From contig JAZUBQ010000001.1 of NCBI GenBank assembly GCA_045638525.1, forward strand, positions 68,438 to 132,437: DNA of 64,000 bases. Reading direction: 5' to 3'. The stretch is from Clostridia bacterium. GTDB taxonomy: Bacteria > Bacillota > Clostridia > UMGS1840. The notes under the pieces are model-generated. The model saw only the letters and a list, made by a program, of their open reading frames with translations, searched no databases and was not told the origin of the DNA. This document shows, piece by piece, positions 18,370 to 28,811 of the stretch (position 1 is the stretch's first letter; every line of letters starts with the position of its first letter). Position numbers and translations under genes: made by a program.

Positions 18370-19176
18370 TTATTGGCAATTTTGCTCCAACATCCGATCG
18401 CTGAGATTGCAAAAATCCGAAAGGCTCAGCTTTTCACCACGGATGGTTTCGGACAAACCGCAATCGGTAATCAGCGAAACCGCTTCTTCACGGGTTAGGG
18501 AAAAATTCTGCATCAAACAGTTTGCCAACGTTTTTCTGCGGTTGGAAAACGCTGCTTTTACCACTGAGAAGAAATGTTTTTCGTTTTTGGGCGAAACCGC
18601 TTTTTTCTGACGGAAAGATAATTTCATCACCGCTGATGTTACTTTTGGGATGGGATCAAAAGCTTCGGGCGGAACCTGAAACAAAAGCTCGGTATCACAA
18701 TGGTAGTTACAAAATACCGAGATGGCACCATAATCTTTTTGGGTCTGGTCGGCACAGATTCGTTTTGCAACCTCAAGTTGCACCATCACGGTTAAGCTTT
18801 TCAGTCCGCAGGGATTTTCCACCAGCATTGTGATAATCGGTGTGGTAATATAATAGGGCAGATTTGCCACCACAATCATATTGTCGGTAACAATTTTGGA
18901 AAGGTCGGTTTCTAAAATATCGGCATTTAAAATGGTGAAATTCTCTCTATGTCCGTGTTTTTTCACTAAGTTATGATATAAACGGTCATCAATTTCCACC
19001 GCTACCACATTTCTGGCACGTTCCACCAACAAATCAGTCACCGCACCCAATCCGGGTCCGATTTCCAACACATCGGTATCAGAATTTACTCCTGCCTGTG
19101 TTACAATATTTTCAATCACCGAATCATCTTGCAAAAAATTTTGCCCCAGTGATTTTTTTGCCACAATTTTTGCCAT
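18370..19176 (-). CDS. rsmA: 16S rRNA (adenine1518/1519-N6)-dimethyltransferase RsmA/KsgA
   Basis: Contains KKSLGQNFL, the SAM motif VLEIGPGLGAVT and NLPYYITTPI. Confidence 0.85.
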   Translation of the reverse strand: MAKIVAKKSLGQNFLQDDSVIENIVTQAGVNSDTDVLEIGPGLGAVTDLLVERARNVVAVEIDDRLYHNLVKKHGHRENFTILNADILETDLSKIVTDNMIVVANLPYYITTPIITMLVENPCGLKSLTVMVQLEVAKRICADQTQKDYGAISVFCNYHCDTELLFQVPPEAFDPIPKVTSAVMKLSFRQKKAVSPKNEKHFFSVVKAAFSNRRKTLANCLMQNFSLTREEAVSLITDCGLSETIRGEKLSLSDFCNLSDRMLEQNCQ

Positions 19177-19351
19177 AACATCTGTTTCCTTTCCCGTTTT
19201 TCATATGTCGCCTATCATACCATTATTATCATACCACAAAAAATAACATCTGTCAAACGATTCCCGATTTCTCTGTTAATTTTTATTGATATTTTTTCAA
19301 ACTTACGCTATAATAGAAAGAGAAGAAACTGTTAAAAATGAGGTAAGTCTT

Positions 19352-20611
19352 ATGAAAACTGCATTGGTATTGGCAGGCGGCGGTTCCCGGGGAGCCTATC
19401 AGATTGGCGTATGGCAAGCACTTCGGGAGCTGGATATTCCCCTTGATATTGTAACCGGAACCTCGGTAGGAGCTTTAAACGGAGCTTTGATTACCCAGGA
19501 TTCTTTCGACGCCGCTTTAAAACTTTGGGAAGAAATTGACACCAAAATGGTTTTTGATATTGAAAAATCCCCCTCTCTTTCTGTCTATGCCAAGGAGTTT
19601 TTTAAAAAAGGCGGTGCTTCTGCCGAAGGACTGCGTGAACTTTTGCACCGCTATCTGGACGAAGAAAAAATCCGTACATCTCACATAGAATTCGGATTGG
19701 TAACCGTAAAAAAGAAGGGATTAGAGCCATATCAGATGTATCTGGAAGAAATTCCGAAGGGACAGCTGAGTGACTATCTGATGGCAAGTGCCGCTTGTTT
19801 CCCCGCTGTCAAAAGCCATTTGATTCAGGACACCGAATATATCGACGGTGGATATTATGACAATATGCCCATCCATTTAGCAGAAAAAAAGGGTGCTGAC
19901 CGTATCATTGCGGTGAATCTGGAATCTGTGGGTCTGATGAAAAAATCTGTCAAAGCATTAAAACAAGATAAAAACGTGATCTACATCAGTCCCAAATGGG
20001 ATTTGGGGAATTTTTTAATTTTTGAAAAAGAAACGGCTCGGCGAAATATTCGTCTGGGGTATCTTGACACCTTAAAAGCCTTTTCTTTTTTTGACGGAAC
20101 TGCTTACACCTTTGCCAAACACGATTTTTCCCGCTTTGCAAAAGGAAAAAATATCACCCTCCGCAAATGGAAAACTTTTTTTCAAAACATCCGCCTGAAA
20201 GGAAACCTCTTGCAAAGTGCAGGCTATACCGCTTTGGAAAAAGCCCTGCAAAATGAAACCGACCAACTGCTGACCCTTCCCGTCATGTTGCAAATCGGTG
20301 CCGAAACAACAGGAAGAATGTTAGAATTAAACCCTCTCACCTTATATACCGTAGAAAGTTTTCATCAGGCGTTAAGACAAACGGTTGCAAAACAAATGGA
20401 GGAAAAACAAATTGCAAAGCTGGTTGAAAACATCCACAGCAAAAAACTGCCCCTTCGTCCGGAAATTTTAAAAAACTTAGATTCCAAAACCATAACCCTT
20501 TGTCTGGCAATTCTTTTTTCAGAAAATCCCGACCTTATTTTTTCGGTTGCAACCCTGTTCCCAAAAGAATCTGTCGCAGGCTTTTATCTTATGGTGTTTC
20601 AGTTAGTATGA
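19352..20611 (+). CDS. Patatin-like phospholipase with an uncharacterised roughly 170-aa C-terminal extension
   Basis: Has the oxyanion motif GGGSRGAYQIG, the nucleophile elbow GTSVGA and the catalytic Asp in YIDGGYYDN. The start is set at the ATG at 19352 (MKTALVLAGGG) rather than the upstream TTG of the ORF track. Confidence 0.7.
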   Translation: MKTALVLAGGGSRGAYQIGVWQALRELDIPLDIVTGTSVGALNGALITQDSFDAALKLWEEIDTKMVFDIEKSPSLSVYAKEFFKKGGASAEGLRELLHRYLDEEKIRTSHIEFGLVTVKKKGLEPYQMYLEEIPKGQLSDYLMASAACFPAVKSHLIQDTEYIDGGYYDNMPIHLAEKKGADRIIAVNLESVGLMKKSVKALKQDKNVIYISPKWDLGNFLIFEKETARRNIRLGYLDTLKAFSFFDGTAYTFAKHDFSRFAKGKNITLRKWKTFFQNIRLKGNLLQSAGYTALEKALQNETDQLLTLPVMLQIGAETTGRMLELNPLTLYTVESFHQALRQTVAKQMEEKQIAKLVENIHSKKLPLRPEILKNLDSKTITLCLAILFSENPDLIFSVATLFPKESVAGFYLMVFQLV

Positions 20612-20673
20612 TAAAAATTTTTCAGGAACGCAAGAGATAGAATCTTCGGTACAAAATAAGAGTTCAAACCAAC

Positions 20674-20702
20674 AAAAAAGAGGCTCTGTGAGCCTCTTTT
20701 TT
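20674..20702. terminator. Bidirectional terminator between the patatin gene and nfnB
   Basis: Structure aaaaaaGAGGCTCtgtGAGCCTCtttttt. Confidence 0.75.
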
Positions 20703-20713
20703 AGTGGAATGAC

Positions 20714-22102
20714 TTATTTTTTGTTTTCCAAATATTCCTCGATTGCATGTGCTGCTGTTTTGCCTGCGCCCATCGCTAAAATTACGGTAGCTGCGCCGGT
20801 TACGGCATCCCCGCCGGCATATACGCCTTCACGGGAAGTCAAGCCGTTTTCATTGGTTACAATACAGCCGTGAGGATTGGTTTCCAGTCCTTTGGTGGTG
20901 CTTTTAATCAGCGGATTGGGGGAAGTACCGATGGACATAATCACAGCATCCACATCCAAAATGAATTCGCTGTCTGCTTTTTCCACAGGTCTTCTTCTGC
21001 CGGATGCATCCGGTTCAACCAGTTCCATTTCAATGCATTTCATACCGGAAACAAATTTGTTTTCGTTTCCTAAGATTTCAACGGGATTACAGAGGGTTTT
21101 AAAGATGATGCCCTCTTCCATTGCGTGTTCCACTTCTTCTTTTCTTGCAGGCATTTCATCTAAGGAACGACGGTAAACAATATATACATTTTCCGCACCC
21201 AGACGTTTTGCACAACGAGCAGCATCCATGGCAACGTTTCCGCCGCCGACAACTGCCACATTTTTGCCACGATGAACGGGAGTGGGTGCATCTTCACGAT
21301 AGGCTTTCATCAAATTGATTCTGGTTAAAAATTCGTTGGCAGAGAATACGCCGTTTAAATTTTCACCGGGGATTCCCATAAAACGGGGAAGTCCGGCACC
21401 GGAACCGATGAACACAGCTTCAAAGCCTTCTTCAAACAGTTCATCAATAGCTACTGCTTTGCCGACAACGGTGTTGGTTTCAATGGTAACACCGATTTTT
21501 TTCAATTTATCAATTTCAGCATGCACAATGGCTTTGGGCAGACGGAATTCAGGAATTCCGTATACCAATACACCGCCGGCAACATGAAGTGCTTCAAAGA
21601 TGGTCACATCGTAACCTGCTTTTGCCAGGTCTCCTGCACAGGTCAAGCCGGCAGGGCCTGCACCGATAACAGCAACTTTGTGTCCGTTCTTGGGTGCCAG
21701 AGTGGGTTCTTTCTGAACATTCAGACGATGCCAGTCTGCCACAAAACGTTCCAGACGACCGATGGCAACCGGTTCTCCTTTGATACCGCGAACACATTTT
21801 GCTTCACATTGAGTTTCCTGAGGACAAACTCTGCCGCAAACCGCAGGTAAGGAGCTGGAGCGATTGATGATTTCATAGGCTCCTTCCAAATCTTCTTCTT
21901 TTATTTTTTTGATAAACTCGGGAATATCAATCGCAACGGGGCAACCGCCTACGCAAGGTTTGTGTTTACACTGCAAACAACGTTCTGCCTCGTCTTTCGC
22001 CTGCTCTAAGGTGTATCCCAAAGCAACTTCCTCGAAGTTTTTGTTTCTGACATTGGGATCCTGATGGGGCATTTTATTTTTTTCAAGTGACATATTCGGC
22101 AT
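20714..22102 (-). CDS. nfnB: NfnB / GltD-like NADPH-dependent oxidoreductase large subunit (glutamate synthase small-chain family)
   Basis: Has Cys clusters CLQCKHKPCVGGCPV and CGRVCPQETQCEAKC, dinucleotide folds VAVIGAGPAGLTCA and VAVVGGGNVAMD, and is 462 aa long. It is paired with a PyrK-like subunit 1 nt upstream. Confidence 0.75.
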   Translation of the reverse strand: MPNMSLEKNKMPHQDPNVRNKNFEEVALGYTLEQAKDEAERCLQCKHKPCVGGCPVAIDIPEFIKKIKEEDLEGAYEIINRSSSLPAVCGRVCPQETQCEAKCVRGIKGEPVAIGRLERFVADWHRLNVQKEPTLAPKNGHKVAVIGAGPAGLTCAGDLAKAGYDVTIFEALHVAGGVLVYGIPEFRLPKAIVHAEIDKLKKIGVTIETNTVVGKAVAIDELFEEGFEAVFIGSGAGLPRFMGIPGENLNGVFSANEFLTRINLMKAYREDAPTPVHRGKNVAVVGGGNVAMDAARCAKRLGAENVYIVYRRSLDEMPARKEEVEHAMEEGIIFKTLCNPVEILGNENKFVSGMKCIEMELVEPDASGRRRPVEKADSEFILDVDAVIMSIGTSPNPLIKSTTKGLETNPHGCIVTNENGLTSREGVYAGGDAVTGAATVILAMGAGKTAAHAIEEYLENKK

Positions 22103-22103
22103 A

Positions 22104-22943
22104 TTATTCTACCCCCTTAAACAGATTGCAAGTTGCTTCATGATGATGACGTTCGGTTTCAAAATACATTCTGGAACGCTGAATCGCTTCATCAAAATCC
22201 ACCTCGTGACCGTCAAAATCGGGACCGTCAACACAAGCGAATTTGGTTTTGCCGCCAACCGTCAGTCGGCAACCGCCACACATTCCGGTTCCGTCAATCA
22301 TAATGGGATTCATACTTACTGTGGTTTTAATTCCATATTCTTTGGTCAGTTTTGCAACAAATTTCATCATAACAAGCGGACCGATTGCAATAACTTCGTC
22401 ATATTCTTCGCCGCTTTCGATGAGTTCTTTTAAAGCATCGGTAACCAAGCCCTGCTCACCATAGGATCCGTCATCGGTTCTGATTTTCATAATATCGCTG
22501 ACTGCTTTGAATTCCTCTTCCAAAATCACCAGATCACGGTTTCTGAAGCCAACAATCGAATGAACTTCAGTTCCCTGCTGATGCAATGCCTTTGCAATGG
22601 GATAAGCAATGGCGCAACCAACGCCGCCACCCACAACGGCAACTTTTTTAAGCCCTTCCAGATGAGATGCAACGCCCAGAGGACCCACGAAGTCCTGAAT
22701 GTGTCCGCCTTCCGGAATGTGATTCAATTTTTCTGTGGTGGAACCGACAATCTGGAAAATGATGGTCACGGTTCCTGCTTCGGGATTGGTGTCGGCAACG
22801 GTCAAAGGAATTCGTTCGCCTTCTTCATCCACACGCAAAATAATAAACTGCCCTGCTTTTGCTTTTTTTGCAATTTTCGGGGCTTCGATTTCCAACAGAG
22901 TCACTGTAGGATTCAGTTCTCTTCTTTTGGTTACCAAAAACAT
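22104..22943 (-). CDS. nfnA: NfnA / PyrK-like FAD-binding, 2Fe-2S ferredoxin-NADP reductase small subunit
   Basis: A 279-aa protein with a C-terminal cluster motif DGTGMCGGCRLTVGGKTKFACVDGP. It is tightly coupled to nfnB, with the stop 1 nt before the nfnB ATG. Confidence 0.75.
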   Translation of the reverse strand: MFLVTKRRELNPTVTLLEIEAPKIAKKAKAGQFIILRVDEEGERIPLTVADTNPEAGTVTIIFQIVGSTTEKLNHIPEGGHIQDFVGPLGVASHLEGLKKVAVVGGGVGCAIAYPIAKALHQQGTEVHSIVGFRNRDLVILEEEFKAVSDIMKIRTDDGSYGEQGLVTDALKELIESGEEYDEVIAIGPLVMMKFVAKLTKEYGIKTTVSMNPIMIDGTGMCGGCRLTVGGKTKFACVDGPDFDGHEVDFDEAIQRSRMYFETERHHHEATCNLFKGVE

Positions 22944-23181
22944 ATATCTAACCTCACTTCCTCTTTTTAAAAAAGAGTTTATTTGTGAATTTTACACATA
23001 TTTGACACCGTTTTTTGAAAAAAGTTTCACACTTTGGATTCTAACGGCAACAAATGTGACTATAATATTGATACTATAGCACTTTTTTCTCACTTTGTAA
23101 AGTGTTTTTTTGTGTTTTTCGGAAGTTTTTTTGATATTTTGATTATTTCCAAAATTGGATAGAAATAATACCGTTATATAA

Positions 23182-23210
23182 TTGACAGAAATAAAAAAAT
23201 ATGATATACT
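23182..23210 (+). promoter_or_regulatory. Candidate promoter of rnj
   Basis: TTGACA (23182-23187), a 17-nt spacer and TGaTATACT (TATACT at 23205-23210). Confidence 0.5.
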
Positions 23211-23276
23211 AAAGTGTAATTTTTATTCGGAAAAATTTTTAGCATCAGATTGCTAATTGTTACAGGAGGATTATTT

Positions 23277-24944
23277 GTGGCAAAAAAGAAAATATTGAAG
23301 GTTATCCCCTTGGGTGGACTGCACGAAATCGGAAAAAATCTGACAGTCATTGAGTATGGGGATGTTGCCATCCTAATAGACTGCGGAATTGCATTCCCGG
23401 ACGAAAATATGCTGGGAGTAGACCTGGTGATTCCCGACTTTTCTTATATCGTAAAAAACAAAGAAAAGTTCAAAGCACTGGTACTCACTCACGGTCATGA
23501 AGATCACATCGGCGGAATTCCCTATCTGATGAAAGAGTGTCAGATGCCGGTATTCGGAACCAAGCTGACGGTTGGTCTTGTGAAATTCAAATTAAAGGAA
23601 CACAACTTACTTTCTAAAGTGAACTTAAATCAGGTCAGCGCAGGTGACACCTTAAAATTCGGCGATATTACCGTAGAATTTATTCATACCAATCACTCCA
23701 TCGCTGATTCTGTGGCAATCGCCGTTCACACACCGGAAGGAATTATTCTGCATACCGGTGACTTTAAAATTGACACCACACCGGTTTCGGGCAATATGAT
23801 TGACTTGGCAAGATTCGGGGAACTGGGCAAAAAGGGAGTCACCCTTTTGATGAGTGAATCCACCAATGCAGAACGTCACGGTTATACCCAAAGTGAGCGC
23901 TCGGTTGGAAAAGCATTAAATGATATTTTTATTTCCAACCCAAAAAAGAGAATCATCATTGCAACCTTTGCATCCAATGTACATCGTGTTCAGCAGATTA
24001 TTGATGCTTCGGTTCGCTATAACCGTAAAGTTGCGGTATCGGGCAGAAGTATGGAAAATATTGTTCAGGTTGCTCAGGAACTTGGGTATATGAAAATTCC
24101 AAAAGGCACTCTGATTGATATTGATAACATCAAAAATTATAACAACGAGCATTTAACCATCATCACCACCGGCAGTCAGGGAGAACCTATGAGCGGTCTG
24201 CACCGAATGGCATTTTCGGCACACCGTAAAGTAGAAATCACTTCCAACGATTTGGTGGTGTTAAGTGCAAATCCCATCCCGGGCAATGAAAAACTGGTTT
24301 CCACCGTGGTAAACGAGCTGTTCAAACGAGGCTCCTCGGTGGTATATGATAACCTGGCGGATGTTCACGTTTCGGGTCATGCTTGTCAGGAAGAATTAAA
24401 ACTGATGCTGGCACTCACAAAGCCGAAATATTTTATGCCCATTCACGGGGAATACAAACATCTGATTCATCACAAAAATCTGGCGATGGAAGTTGGGATT
24501 CCCGAAGATAAAATTTTTGTTCTGCAACTTGGGAACATTCTGACCGTGTCCAAAAGCCAAACCAAACAAAACGGCAATGTACCTGCCGGGAAAGTGTTTG
24601 TTTCCGGTCTTTCGGTGGGCGATGTGGGAAATATCGTGCTGCGTGACAGAAAACATCTGTCCCAGGATGGTCTGATTGTGATTGTGGTTTCTCTTTCGTC
24701 GCAAAACTGTCAGGTTTTGTCGGGTCCCGACATTATCTCTCGCGGATTTGTGTATATGAGAGAAAGCGAAGCCTTAATAGAAGAAACCCGTCAGGTGGCA
24801 AAAGATGCCTTAGACGGACTTCTTTCCCGAAATGTAACCGATTGGTCTGCATTAAAAAGCGAAATGCGAACTGCTGTTTCGGATTTCTTAAACAAAAAAA
24901 CCAAACGTTCTCCCATGATTTTACCGATTATTATGGAAGTTTAG
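23277..24944 (+). CDS. rnj: Ribonuclease J
   Basis: Has the metallo-beta-lactamase motif THGHEDHIGG plus beta-CASP and C-terminal domains, at about 555 aa. The start is set at the GTG at 23277, with AGGAGGA 7 nt upstream. Confidence 0.85.
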   Translation: MAKKKILKVIPLGGLHEIGKNLTVIEYGDVAILIDCGIAFPDENMLGVDLVIPDFSYIVKNKEKFKALVLTHGHEDHIGGIPYLMKECQMPVFGTKLTVGLVKFKLKEHNLLSKVNLNQVSAGDTLKFGDITVEFIHTNHSIADSVAIAVHTPEGIILHTGDFKIDTTPVSGNMIDLARFGELGKKGVTLLMSESTNAERHGYTQSERSVGKALNDIFISNPKKRIIIATFASNVHRVQQIIDASVRYNRKVAVSGRSMENIVQVAQELGYMKIPKGTLIDIDNIKNYNNEHLTIITTGSQGEPMSGLHRMAFSAHRKVEITSNDLVVLSANPIPGNEKLVSTVVNELFKRGSSVVYDNLADVHVSGHACQEELKLMLALTKPKYFMPIHGEYKHLIHHKNLAMEVGIPEDKIFVLQLGNILTVSKSQTKQNGNVPAGKVFVSGLSVGDVGNIVLRDRKHLSQDGLIVIVVSLSSQNCQVLSGPDIISRGFVYMRESEALIEETRQVAKDALDGLLSRNVTDWSALKSEMRTAVSDFLNKKTKRSPMILPIIMEV

Positions 24945-24968
24945 TAACAATAATGCGAGGAATCAATT

Positions 24969-26348
24969 ATGAAACGATTGCGCTTGTCCCTTAGCATCTT
25001 AATTTGTAAAATTCTGATTCTTATGGGAAAACTGTTGGGCAAAAAAGGCTCCTCTGCACCGGGCAAGTTTGCTCTTAAAATTTGTCCCGATGCCATGCGG
25101 ATGCTCTCAAAAAATGTTTCCTATGAAATCATCTGCGTGTTAGGCACCAACGGAAAAACTACCACTAACAATATGATTGCTTCCCTTTTGGAGCAAAACA
25201 AGTTTAAAATTATTTGTAACCGGGTCGGTGCCAATATGTTGGACGGCGTTGCAACCGCATTCATCTCGGCAACTAATCTTGCCGGAACCAAAAAGGCAGA
25301 TTATGCTGTTTTGGAAATTGATGAAGCAAGTGCAAAGCTGGTGTTTGACCATATCACCCCCGATGTGATTGTGGTAACCAATTTATTCCGTGATCAGATG
25401 GACCGCTACGGAGAAATTGAACAAACTCTGGCACAGTTAAAACTCGCCATTGACAAAGCTCCCGAAGCGATGCTTTGCTTAAATGCCGATGACCCCATGA
25501 GCAGCTATTTCACAAAAGCAACCGAAAATCGAACGGTAACCTTCGGTATTTCACAACCGGTTGCAAAACCGCTTTCGGAAACAAAAGAAGGCAGAAACTG
25601 TCCTCTTTGTTCTCATCCGCTTACCTATCAGTTTTATCACTATAATCAGTTGGGCAACTATGCTTGTTCCCATTGCGATTTTGTGCGCCCAACCCCCGAT
25701 TATTATGCCGAAGACATTGTGTGCGAACCGAAAATCCGTTTCCGCTTAAACGGCACACAGCTGATTGAAACTGACATTTTCGGATTTTATAACATCTACA
25801 ATATGCTGGCGGCAATTACGGTATATGAGCTGTTGGAACCGGGCACCCAAAACTATACCGAATTATATAGCAGCTATACCCCACAGACCGCACGAATGGA
25901 ATCTTTCCACTTCCGAAAACCTGTCATTTTGAATCTTGCAAAAAATCCGGCAGGTTTTAATCAGGCAATTTCCACCATTTTAAGTGATCCCCGTAAAAAA
26001 GCCGTGGTGATTGGCATTAACGATATGCCCTCTGACGGATGTGATATTTCCTGGTTATATGATGTGGATTTTGAAGCTTTAAAAGATTGCAGTGCCTACG
26101 GTGCTGCCGGAAAGCGTTGCTATGACATGGCTCTTCGTCTGTATTATGCCGATGTATGCGAAAGCCCGAAAATTGACAAAAACCCCGTTCCCATGGCATT
26201 GGAATTTTTACAGACCGATTGCCAGGTGGTTTACGTTCTGGTAAATTATACTTTGATTTTCCAGGCAAAGGATGACCTGCAAAAAGCAGAAAAAGCATTT
26301 TTAAAATCCAATAAAAAGCAGAAAAAGGGGGAAACATCATGCAATTAA
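24969..26348 (+). CDS. murT: Lipid II isoglutaminyl synthase subunit MurT (Mur-ligase family)
   Basis: Has the P-loop LGTNGKTTT and a Cys4 ribbon CPLCSHPL...CSHCDF typical of MurT. It is followed by, and overlaps, gatD. Confidence 0.8.
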   Translation: MKRLRLSLSILICKILILMGKLLGKKGSSAPGKFALKICPDAMRMLSKNVSYEIICVLGTNGKTTTNNMIASLLEQNKFKIICNRVGANMLDGVATAFISATNLAGTKKADYAVLEIDEASAKLVFDHITPDVIVVTNLFRDQMDRYGEIEQTLAQLKLAIDKAPEAMLCLNADDPMSSYFTKATENRTVTFGISQPVAKPLSETKEGRNCPLCSHPLTYQFYHYNQLGNYACSHCDFVRPTPDYYAEDIVCEPKIRFRLNGTQLIETDIFGFYNIYNMLAAITVYELLEPGTQNYTELYSSYTPQTARMESFHFRKPVILNLAKNPAGFNQAISTILSDPRKKAVVIGINDMPSDGCDISWLYDVDFEALKDCSAYGAAGKRCYDMALRLYYADVCESPKIDKNPVPMALEFLQTDCQVVYVLVNYTLIFQAKDDLQKAEKAFLKSNKKQKKGETSCN

Positions 26349-27067
26349 AACTCATCCATCTGTTTCCCGAACTTTTGAATCTGTCCGGAGACCGCGGCAA
26401 CATTATGGTCTTGCAAAAACGGTGCCGGTTACGAAACATTGAACTTTCCGTAGTCCCCGTTTCTTTTGATGATGAAATTTCCCTTTCGGATGCGGATTTC
26501 ATTTATCTGGGCAACGGCAGTGAAAAGGATTTACTGCGTATCTGTAACAAACTGCAGGAAGCAAAAGAAGAACTCATCGGTTTCCGGGAAAAAGGCGGCG
26601 TGATTTTAGCAGTTGGAAACTGCTATCCCATGCTTGGAACCTCCTTTTCCATTTCGGACGAAGAACATCCGGGCGTTGGTCTGATGGACATAAAAACCAT
26701 TCCATCCAATACCCGTATGACCGGCAATATCTCGGTCAACACGCCCTTTGGAGTGTTGGTCGGGTTTGAAAACCACTCCCAAAAAACACAACTTGGACCT
26801 GCCGTGTCTCCTCTGGGAACCGTGTTAAGCGGTTTTGGAAATAACGGCAGTGATAAAACAGAAGGTGCCCTCTTTAAAAACATCTGCGGTACCTATCTGA
26901 CAGGACCGCTTCTCCCCAATAATCCGGAGCTTGCAGATCTACTCTTAGAAAAAGCACTCCGACAAAAATATAACAGCATAGAAGAACTTTCCCCCATCCC
27001 TTCCGACTTGGAAAATCTTGCGAAAGGATATCTCTTAAATTATGATAACAGAACTCACAAAAGATAG
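26339..27067 (+). CDS. gatD: Lipid II isoglutaminyl synthase glutaminase subunit GatD (CobB/CobQ-like amidotransferase)
   Basis: Starts MQLKLIHLFPELLNLSGDRGNI and has a nucleophile region LAVGNCYPMLG. It overlaps murT by 10 nt. Confidence 0.8.
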   Translation: MQLKLIHLFPELLNLSGDRGNIMVLQKRCRLRNIELSVVPVSFDDEISLSDADFIYLGNGSEKDLLRICNKLQEAKEELIGFREKGGVILAVGNCYPMLGTSFSISDEEHPGVGLMDIKTIPSNTRMTGNISVNTPFGVLVGFENHSQKTQLGPAVSPLGTVLSGFGNNGSDKTEGALFKNICGTYLTGPLLPNNPELADLLLEKALRQKYNSIEELSPIPSDLENLAKGYLLNYDNRTHKR

Positions 27068-28097
27068 AATCGAAGAATATGAAGCCTTTAACCGGGCTCA
27101 CCCCAAAGGACATTTTATGCAATCTGTTCTGTGGGGACAAATGAAACCGGACTGGAAAAACGTCATTTTGATTTCCACCGATGAAAATAACAAAATCAAA
27201 GGCGCCATCAATGTGTTAATCCGTCCCGTTCCCGTAATCAAACGCACCATCATGTATTCCCCCAGAGGGCCCGTTTGTGATTTGGATGACAAAGAAACCT
27301 TAAAAGAACTTGCCGACGGTGTGAAAGCCCTTGCAAAAAAACACAAAGCATATGTGTTTAAGGCTGACCCTGACGTAAAATCCGACAACGAACTGTTCAA
27401 ACAGAACTTAAAAGATGCCGGCTTTAAAATCATCCCCGGAAATAAAAACTTTGAAGGAATTCAGCCCTGCTTCGTGTTCCGTCTGGATGTGAAAGACAAA
27501 ACCGAAGAAGAAGTATTTGACATTTTCCATTCCAAAACCCGTTACAACATCCGTCTTTCCGTGAAAAAGGGAGTAACGGTTCGTCTGGGTGGAAAAGAAG
27601 ATGTGAAAGATTTCCAACGTCTGATGGAAGAAACCGGCCAGCGTGACGAATTTGTGGTGCGTCCTGCTTCCTATTTTGAAAAAATGCTGGAAGTATACGG
27701 TGACGATGCCCGTTTGTATATGGCAGATTTTGAAGGAAAACCCATCGCCGGAACTCTCGCCATCTACTACGGCAACAAAGTTTGGTACTTATACGGTGCA
27801 TCCGGAAATGCTTACCGCAATGTGATGCCCAATTATCAGCTGCAATGGGAAATGATTCGCTGGTCCATTGAAAAAGGCTGTGATATTTACGATTTCAGAG
27901 GAGTGTCGGGTGATTTATCCGAGGACAACCCCTTATACGGATTATATCGTTTCAAAAAAGGGTTCAACGGAGAATTTACCGAATTCTTGGGCGAAATCGA
28001 AATCGTGTTCTCTCCCTTTATCAACTGGGCAGTGCATCACGGTGAAAAAATCTTCCGTGAACTGCGCAGAAGAGTTTATCTGTTACGAAAAAAATAA
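27042..28097 (+). CDS. FemAB-family peptidoglycan interpeptide-bridge aminoacyltransferase (FemX/MurM-like)
   Basis: A 351-aa protein with a family-typical N-terminus (HPKGHFMQSVLWGQMKPDW), the block LAIYYGNKVWYLYGASGN and a C-terminal LYRFKKGFNG. It overlaps gatD by 26 nt. Confidence 0.75.
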   Translation: MITELTKDRIEEYEAFNRAHPKGHFMQSVLWGQMKPDWKNVILISTDENNKIKGAINVLIRPVPVIKRTIMYSPRGPVCDLDDKETLKELADGVKALAKKHKAYVFKADPDVKSDNELFKQNLKDAGFKIIPGNKNFEGIQPCFVFRLDVKDKTEEEVFDIFHSKTRYNIRLSVKKGVTVRLGGKEDVKDFQRLMEETGQRDEFVVRPASYFEKMLEVYGDDARLYMADFEGKPIAGTLAIYYGNKVWYLYGASGNAYRNVMPNYQLQWEMIRWSIEKGCDIYDFRGVSGDLSEDNPLYGLYRFKKGFNGEFTEFLGEIEIVFSPFINWAVHHGEKIFRELRRRVYLLRKK

Positions 28098-28119
28098 AAA
28101 GGAATCCCGGGTATTTTCT

Positions 28120-28776
28120 ATGAAAATCAGATTACAATTTGAAAAAAACATCAAGTATATTTCTCATCTGGATTTAATGAAAGCAGTCCAGAAAATTTTA
28201 AAACGGACAGGATACCCTTTAAAATATTCCGAAGGGTTTAATCCTCATATGGTATTAAGCATTGCAAATCCCCTGCCCTTAGGCATTGTGGGCAAACAGG
28301 AATTTTTGGATTTTGAAATCAAAACCGATTCCCTTTCCTTTGGAGAATTAAAGGAAAAACTGACCTTTGCAAGTCCGAAAGGAATTGTTCCCGTTGAAAT
28401 TTTCACCGAAGACGGAACCGTCATCAAAAAACTCAAGAATTTTAATCTGACCACCAATGCTGACTACGAGATTACCATCCGAACTGCAGAGGACAATAAA
28501 ATTCGTGAATTTTTAGAACAAGAAACCATTTTGGTTGAAAAATTTTCCAAAGGAAAAACCAAAACAATCGACTTAAAAGAACTGATTTTCCGCCACGAAA
28601 TCACCGATACCGAAGATGGGATTACCCTCTTTTTAAACTGTGCCTGCGGAAACGAAAAAAACTTGAATCCTCTGCTTCTTTTGAAAGCGATGCGAAATGC
28701 AGGAATTGAAATTTCCGCATTTTTACCCGTTAGACTTGGCTTTTATGATGCAGACGGAAACGGTTTTGCCTCTTAA
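28120..28776 (+). CDS. DUF2344 / TIGR03936-type radical-SAM-associated protein (no radical SAM partner in this window)
   Basis: Starts MKIRLQFEKNIKYISHLDLMKAVQKILKRTGYPLKYSEGFNPHMVLSIANPLPLG. The start is set at the ATG at 28120. The ORF-track extension back to 27868 overlaps the fem gene out of frame and shows no family features. Confidence 0.7.
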   Translation: MKIRLQFEKNIKYISHLDLMKAVQKILKRTGYPLKYSEGFNPHMVLSIANPLPLGIVGKQEFLDFEIKTDSLSFGELKEKLTFASPKGIVPVEIFTEDGTVIKKLKNFNLTTNADYEITIRTAEDNKIREFLEQETILVEKFSKGKTKTIDLKELIFRHEITDTEDGITLFLNCACGNEKNLNPLLLLKAMRNAGIEISAFLPVRLGFYDADGNGFAS

Positions 28777-28811
28777 TAATAACTTACAAACAGAACGGTG
28801 GTGAATTCCCT

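Noticed and set aside
16394-18498. Several 60-190-aa plus-strand ORFs inside or antisense to pck and rsmA (for example 16836-17420 and 18070-18498).
   Set aside because: They are antisense shadows of highly conserved, full-length minus-strand genes, with odd composition (Ser/Thr/Gly/Cys-rich) and no start context.
27868-28119. An upstream extension of the DUF2344 ORF that overlaps the fem gene.
   Set aside because: It is out of frame within the well-supported FemAB-family gene. The family-typical N-terminus (MKIRLQFEK..ISHLDL) starts at the ATG at 28120, just after the fem stop.
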